From Polyangiales bacterium (GTDB lineage Bacteria; Myxococcota_A; Polyangia; Polyangiales; Ga0077539), in NCBI GenBank assembly GCA_044229975.1, contig JBGARZ010000006.1, forward strand, positions 491,890-555,889: a DNA stretch of 64,000 nucleotides, written 5' to 3'. The stretch's first letter is position 1; each line of letters starts with the position of its first letter. Of the stretch, positions 56,794 through 64,000 are shown piece by piece. The notes under the pieces were generated by a model. The model was not told the DNA's origin. It saw only the letters and a program-made list of their open reading frames with translations, and made no database searches. The translations under genes and the position numbers were made by a program.

Positions 56794-57477
56794 ATGATGA
56801 CCGCCACCATCCGCGCCGTGCTCTTCGACCTCGACGGAACCCTCGTCGACAACATGCCCTTCCACATCGAGGCGTGGATCGAGACCGCGCGCTCGCTCGG
56901 CCGCGAGATCACCGCCGTCGAGGTGATGCGCGACTTCGCCGGGCGTCGCAACGAGGAGATCCTCCCGGCGCTGCTGGGGCGCGCGTTGTCGACGGCGGAG
57001 GTCGCCGCCCTCGCCGACGCCAAGGAGGCGCGGTACCGCGAGCTCTATGGTCCGCACGTGGCGCCGGTGCGCGGGGCGGTGGCGCTGCTCGATGAGCTCG
57101 ACGCGCGTGGCGTGGTGTTCGGCATCGCGAGCGCCGCGCCGAAGCCCAACCGGGACTTCGTGCTGGAGCGACTCGGGCTGCGCGATCGCTTCCGCGTGAT
57201 CGTCGGCGCCGAGGAGGTGACGCGGGGAAAGCCCGCGCCCGATCTGTTCTTGCTGGGCGCGGAGCGGTTGGGTGTGGCGCCCGCGGAGGTGCTGGTCTTC
57301 GAGGACGCGCACCTCGGCGTGCAGGCGGCCGTCGCGGCGGGGATGCGCGCGTGCGGGGTGACGACGGGCGAGGGCGCCGACGTGCTGACGGCGGCCGGAG
57401 CGATGGCCGCAGCGGCGGACCTGGGCGCGTTGCCCGACGCGGTGCGGGCGCTCTGGCGGAGTGCGGTCGGCGTGTGA
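56794..57477 (+). CDS. HAD-family phosphatase (beta-PGM/CbbY-like)
   Basis: FDLDGTL, IASAA, GKPAPDLF, VFEDA..GVQAA. Confidence 0.92.
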   Translation: MMTATIRAVLFDLDGTLVDNMPFHIEAWIETARSLGREITAVEVMRDFAGRRNEEILPALLGRALSTAEVAALADAKEARYRELYGPHVAPVRGAVALLDELDARGVVFGIASAAPKPNRDFVLERLGLRDRFRVIVGAEEVTRGKPAPDLFLLGAERLGVAPAEVLVFEDAHLGVQAAVAAGMRACGVTTGEGADVLTAAGAMAAAADLGALPDAVRALWRSAVGV

Positions 57478-57638
57478 GACGGTCCGACGCGTGGGGCTCG
57501 CCGACGCGTTGACGACGTACCGCTCCGAGGTCGACGCACGCAGCGGAGAGCGCGACGAGCACGAGCAGGGAGAGGAGGTACTTCAGGGGAGGGCGGGCGA
57601 TGGACGCTACGCCCACAAGGGACATTGGGATTCTCTTG

Positions 57639-58850
57639 TCAGAAGAAGAGCTGCGCCTGGATACGCACCTGGTGACGGCCCACCGCGAGGTCGTCCGTCG
57701 ACAGCCGGAAGTAGTCCGCCTGGAGCTTCAGGTCATGGCCGTACGGGTACCAGCCCACCGACGCGCCGAGCTCGCGCGAGCGCGCCACGGGCGAGTCCGA
57801 CCCGATGGGAAACAGCTCTCCCCACCGCACCTGCGCGTCGAGGTAGCTCGTGAACGCGTAACCCACCTGCGCGAAGTACCCCCACGCGTCGCGGGCGCGC
57901 TCGGTCACCTGGGCTCCGTTGGCGTCGACGCCCTGCCGCGTTGGCGTGACGGCCGTTCGCCACAGGCACTCGGCGAGCAGCGAGAAGCCCCGCCACTTCA
58001 CCATCAGGTCGGCCTCGGCGTGCCGCTGGTCGAAGCCGCCGAGCCGGTACGTGTCGCCCGTGGTGCTGCGCGCGCGAACGCTCTCCGCGTTGTACCCCGC
58101 CGCGATGCCGACGTTGATGCGGAGGTGGCGGTCGCGCGTGAGGTCGGTCTCGGGCCCGTCGTCGAAGCCGCCGAAGGGCGAGAACTGCAACCGCGCCACG
58201 TAGAGCAATCCCGTGTTGGTCGCGAGCCGGTTGCGCCCGTCACCACCAAACACGCCGAGGCGATATCCGAGTCGACGACCGAGCCCGAAGAGGTCATCGG
58301 AGAAGAGCGTGAAGCCGACGTCGCGATCGAGGTTGAGCTCCGAGCCCGCGACCGCGCGATCGACCATGGCCAGCGCGCTGGAGCTCGTCACCCGTTGACG
58401 ATTGAACGGAACCTTCCCCTGACCGAGCCGCATCGAGAGGTCGCGCAGGCCCGTCCATTGGATCCAGGCGTCGCGCACCGGCAGCCGCAGGTCGGTCTCG
58501 GTGTCCTGGTTGGAGAAGCCGAACTGAACGTAGTAGCGCCACTGCGGCCCGAGGAAGTTGCCCGTGAGCAGCAGCCGCAGGCGACGCAGCTCGAAGCCCA
58601 CGGTGTCGTCGTCCTGGGTCGCGCCGTCCTCCTCGGAGCGCCACGTCACGCGGGTCTGCGCGCGCACCCGGATCGAGAGGCTGAAGCGGTCGTCGGCGGT
58701 GCGCACCGTGAGCCCGCTGCCGAGGCCCACGCGGGCCGTCGCGGCGGACGCCTCAGGGCGCGCGGCGGGCGCCTGCGCGGCGGCGGTCGAACCCGCCAGG
58801 ATGAGGGCGGCGCACAGGGCAAACGATCGAGAGGGGTGGGCGGGTGTCAC
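57639..58850 (-). CDS. OprO/OprP-type phosphate-selective porin
   Basis: Signal peptide, GFELRRLRL, RDAWI, GQGKVPF, RDVG, LKLQADY, C-terminal QAQLFF. Confidence 0.85.
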   Translation of the reverse strand: MTPAHPSRSFALCAALILAGSTAAAQAPAARPEASAATARVGLGSGLTVRTADDRFSLSIRVRAQTRVTWRSEEDGATQDDDTVGFELRRLRLLLTGNFLGPQWRYYVQFGFSNQDTETDLRLPVRDAWIQWTGLRDLSMRLGQGKVPFNRQRVTSSSALAMVDRAVAGSELNLDRDVGFTLFSDDLFGLGRRLGYRLGVFGGDGRNRLATNTGLLYVARLQFSPFGGFDDGPETDLTRDRHLRINVGIAAGYNAESVRARSTTGDTYRLGGFDQRHAEADLMVKWRGFSLLAECLWRTAVTPTRQGVDANGAQVTERARDAWGYFAQVGYAFTSYLDAQVRWGELFPIGSDSPVARSRELGASVGWYPYGHDLKLQADYFRLSTDDLAVGRHQVRIQAQLFF

Positions 58851-58873
58851 GGCGGCGACGCTGCCGACACAAC

Positions 58874-58921
58874 GTGGCAGGCAGGTGACGAAGGCGTCGC
58901 ATCGTGTGACTTGTTGGTGAG
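58874..58921 (-). promoter_or_regulatory. Pho-box-like array of ~11-bp-period direct repeats
   Basis: Minus strand CTCAC, GTCAC, GCGAC, GTCAC, GCCAC at spacings 11, 10, 11, 11, directly upstream of the porin. Confidence 0.45.
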
Positions 58922-58943
58922 GTCATCGACACCGAGCGTCGCG

Positions 58944-61133
<2,190 letters not shown>

Positions 61134-61214
61134 GGCGATGGTGGACGACGCGGGTGGAGAGAAGTTCCCGCCGATCGTCGCGCGATGATTGCACGGTGGC
61201 AGTACCGTCGTCCG

Positions 61215-62291
61215 ATGAGCGCCGACGAGGAACCCATCCCGAGCTTCCGCCCGCCGCTCTTCACTCGCGGCGCGCGCATCCGCCTCAGCCTCTTCGCCTC
61301 CGCCGTCGCCCTGCTCTCCCTCCATTTCTGGAACGCCTCCATCCGCATGCCCGGCCGCTCGTACAACGGCCCGCTGCCGCCGTTGTCCGCCTCCGACGTC
61401 GCGCTCCGCGAGCGACTGCGCGGCCACGTCGACGCGCTCGCTACGCGCATCGGCGCCCGCAGCACGTCCGCGCCCGCGGGCCTCGTGCGCGCCGAGGGCT
61501 ACGTCCGCGCCGAGCTCATGACCGCAGGCTACGAGGTGACCGACGAGACCTTCCGCGCCGACGGCATGGACTGCCGCAACCTCATCGCCGAGCGACCGGG
61601 CCACTCGCTCCGCAATGAGGTGGTGGTGATCGGCGCGCACTACGACGGCGTGCTCGACAAGCCAGCGGCCAACGACAACGCCTCGGGCACCGCCGCGCTC
61701 ATCGAGCTGGCGCGCGCCTTCGCGCCGGTTGATCTGCCGCGCACGCTTCGCTTCGTGGCCTTCACCAACGAGGAGCCGCACCACTTCCAGACGTCGACCA
61801 TGGGCAGCCTCGTCAACGCGCGACGCGCCCGGCAGCGACGCGACGACGTGGTGGTGATGGTGAGCCTGGAGACCGTCGGCTACTACGACACCCGCGCGGG
61901 AAGTCAGCGCTACCCGCCGCCGTTGAGCGTGTTCTATCCCGACCGCGGTGACTTCATCGCCTTCGTAGGAAGCACGGAGATGGTGCCGCTGGTGCGCCAC
62001 GCGCTCGGGGTGTTTCGCGCGTCGGCGAGGTCTCCCTCCGAGGGGACGGCGCTGTCGGCGCGCACACCGGGCATCGGCTGGAGCGACCACTGGTCGTACT
62101 GGCAGGCGGGCTACCCCGCGATCATGGTCACCGACTCGGCGCCGTACCGCGACCCCAACTACCACACGCATCGCGACACGCCGGACAAGATCGATTTCGA
62201 TCGGATGACCCGCGTGGTCGCCGCGCTCGTCCCGGTGGTACGCGACCTCGCGACGGTGGAGCGAAGCGCGCTATCGTCGGCGCCGCCATGA
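61215..62291 (+). CDS. M28-family peptidase
   Basis: VIGAHYD, ANDNASG, FTNEE, WSDH, NYHT..DT. Confidence 0.93.
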   Translation: MSADEEPIPSFRPPLFTRGARIRLSLFASAVALLSLHFWNASIRMPGRSYNGPLPPLSASDVALRERLRGHVDALATRIGARSTSAPAGLVRAEGYVRAELMTAGYEVTDETFRADGMDCRNLIAERPGHSLRNEVVVIGAHYDGVLDKPAANDNASGTAALIELARAFAPVDLPRTLRFVAFTNEEPHHFQTSTMGSLVNARRARQRRDDVVVMVSLETVGYYDTRAGSQRYPPPLSVFYPDRGDFIAFVGSTEMVPLVRHALGVFRASARSPSEGTALSARTPGIGWSDHWSYWQAGYPAIMVTDSAPYRDPNYHTHRDTPDKIDFDRMTRVVAALVPVVRDLATVERSALSSAPP

Positions 62292-62668
62292 CCGAAGACA
62301 CCGCCCACAAGAACGTCCTCGGCGGTCCGCTGGAGGACTGCTCCCACAAGCCCAAGACGGGGTTCTTCCGTGACGGGTGTTGTCGCACCGACGAAAACGA
62401 CCACGGCCGTCACGTCGTTTGTACGCGGGTGACCGAGGAGTTTCTGGCCTTCAGTCGGAGCATGGGCAACGACCTGTCGACGCCGCGACCGGAGTACCAG
62501 TTCGTGGGCTTGAAGCCCGGCGACTGCTGGTGCCTCTGCGCGATGCGCTGGCGCGAAGCCGTCGAGGCCGGCATGGCGCCGCCCGTTCGGCTCACGGCCA
62601 CGCACGAGGCCGCGCTCCGGTACGTCACCCTCGAAGACCTCACCCGCTTCGCCATCGACGTCGACTGA
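62288..62668 (+). CDS. DUF2237 family protein
   Basis: NVLGGPL..CS..P.TGFFRDGCC, GNDLSTP.P..F.GLKPGD.WCLCA.RW. Confidence 0.93.
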   Translation: MTEDTAHKNVLGGPLEDCSHKPKTGFFRDGCCRTDENDHGRHVVCTRVTEEFLAFSRSMGNDLSTPRPEYQFVGLKPGDCWCLCAMRWREAVEAGMAPPVRLTATHEAALRYVTLEDLTRFAIDVD

Positions 62669-63690
62669 TGCAGCCGAGCACCGCCGTCGCCGACGCCTGC
62701 CGCGACCACCCGCAGGTCGCCGCACTCGCGCGCTGCGCCACCTGCGACCGATTGCTCTGCGACGAGTGCTACCGCTTCCGCCTCGACGAGCGCCCCGCCT
62801 GCGCGCGCTGCGCCTACGAGTCGGCCACGCGCACCCAGCGGCGCGTGTCCTTCGCGAGCGCGTTCGTGTGCATCACCTGGGGCGGCGCTCTGTGGGCCAC
62901 CCGCCGCTGGGACCTCTGGGACGAGCACGCCGTCGAGCTGACGCTGTTTGGCGTCGCGTCGCTCTTCGTGGCCGGCATCATCGTGCGCACCGCCAGGGGC
63001 GCCCACCAGCCGACGCTGGAGAACCGCGACCGCGACGAGCACGCCCCGCCCGAGCTCGATCACCGGGGCAACGTGTTTCGCGCCAACGCCCGTCGCGTGC
63101 TGCTCGCCGCGTCGCCGAAGGTGTCGGGTCGCGCGACGGCCATGGTGCTCATCGCCAGCCTCGCGGCCGCGGCGACGTTGCTGCCCGCGTCGATGAAGCT
63201 GCCGCGCTGGGTGGAGGTCGAGGCGGTGCTCGCGGCGTGGTGGGTCATCGTCACGGCGACGCTGGTGGTGCTGCTGTACCGGGGGTTTCGCCTGCGCGAC
63301 GACTGGGTCTACCTCTCGCCATGGAACCGCCCTGCCGCTGAGCCGTCCGCCGATGCGAAGCCGCCGAGCCGCGCGTGGAGGCTGGCCGACGGGTGCAGCT
63401 TCGATGGGTGTTCGGGCATCGACGGTGAGGGCTTCGCCGTCGTGCTGCTCATCCTGGGGGCGCTGAGCGCGGGACTCGTGGCGTCGTGGGTGTTCGTCGA
63501 GCTGCTGATGCCGGTGGCGTTTCTGCTGATGTACTGGTTGTTCATGCGCGCCATCGGGCGCGTGGCCAACGACCGACATGGCTGCGAGGGGAGAGGGCTC
63601 GCGGCGCTCGGATGGGGATCGCTCTGGGCGACGCTCTACGTGGCGCCGATCGCGCTGCTCACGTGGGTCTTCCACGTCGTGCGACGGTAA
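62668..63690 (+). CDS. B-box-like zinc-finger membrane protein
   Basis: CRDHP...CATCDRLLCDEC...CARC followed by several TM helices; TGATG overlap. Confidence 0.8.
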   Translation: MQPSTAVADACRDHPQVAALARCATCDRLLCDECYRFRLDERPACARCAYESATRTQRRVSFASAFVCITWGGALWATRRWDLWDEHAVELTLFGVASLFVAGIIVRTARGAHQPTLENRDRDEHAPPELDHRGNVFRANARRVLLAASPKVSGRATAMVLIASLAAAATLLPASMKLPRWVEVEAVLAAWWVIVTATLVVLLYRGFRLRDDWVYLSPWNRPAAEPSADAKPPSRAWRLADGCSFDGCSGIDGEGFAVVLLILGALSAGLVASWVFVELLMPVAFLLMYWLFMRAIGRVANDRHGCEGRGLAALGWGSLWATLYVAPIALLTWVFHVVRR

Positions 63691-63770
63691 CGTCGCTCCG
63701 GAGAGCACTCACCTACGTGCGCTCAGTGTGGCCTTACGGACCGGGGTTGGTCGCGTCCCGCGCCTGCACC

Positions 63771-63900
63771 GCCGGGCAAGCGAAAGCAGGCGCCCCTCCG
63801 GGGCTTCCAGAAGCGATCGGCCAAGGTGCTGTCCCAACTTCTTGATGGTCAAAGCGCCGCTCCGAAAGCCCCGGAGGGGCGCCTGCTTTGTGCGCCCGGC
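63771..63900. repeat. REP-like inverted doublet
   Basis: Perfect 24-bp arms AAAGCAGGCGCCCCTCCGGGGCTT (63783-63806) and its reverse complement (63866-63889); outer GCCGGGC/GCCCGGC; each arm contains the hairpin GCCCC-TCC-GGGGC. Confidence 0.85.
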
Positions 63901-64000
63901 ATGGGCGTTGGCTTCGGGGTGCAAGTCCCCGGGAAAGTAGGTCATGACGATCCACGCGAGAGGCAAGGGCAGCGAGGCAACGGACTGTCTGAAGGAAGCC

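Noticed and set aside
61134..62171. N-terminal extension of the beta-propeller ORF (1075 aa)
   Set aside because: Antisense to the M28 peptidase; a lipoprotein signal begins at 61133.

Overview
Very GC-rich chromosomal DNA (by eye >70%), most likely from a myxobacterium (Myxococcota, Polyangia-like). That inference rests on four Hanks-type Ser/Thr kinases, PEGA/TPR proteins, Cys-rich and choice-of-anchor-Q lipoproteins, an AgmX/PglI-type domain and an ECF sigma/anti-sigma cassette. About 45 CDSs can be supported, including gltBD, an AstD-like dehydrogenase, an AddB-like nuclease, a bestrophin/carbonic anhydrase pair and an OprO/P porin. No rRNA, tRNA or CRISPR array was seen. The most unusual items are: (i) an intact single-ORF IS66 (13-bp TIRs, 8-bp TSD) inserted at the apex of a ~260-bp REP-like palindrome; (ii) two related palindromic elements whose loops carry CATCY pentamer microsatellites; (iii) a bipartite motif repeated upstream of an ECF sigma gene and its probable target; (iv) an inverted pair of paralogous promoter+RBS+signal-peptide leaders, one heading an unlisted 48-aa lipoprotein ORF; (v) a protein without a recognisable OB fold that ends in the SSB C-terminal peptide DDIPF; (vi) a degenerate 5'-nucleotidase fused to a predicted outer-membrane barrel. 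All family calls come from motif recognition by eye; no database searches were run.
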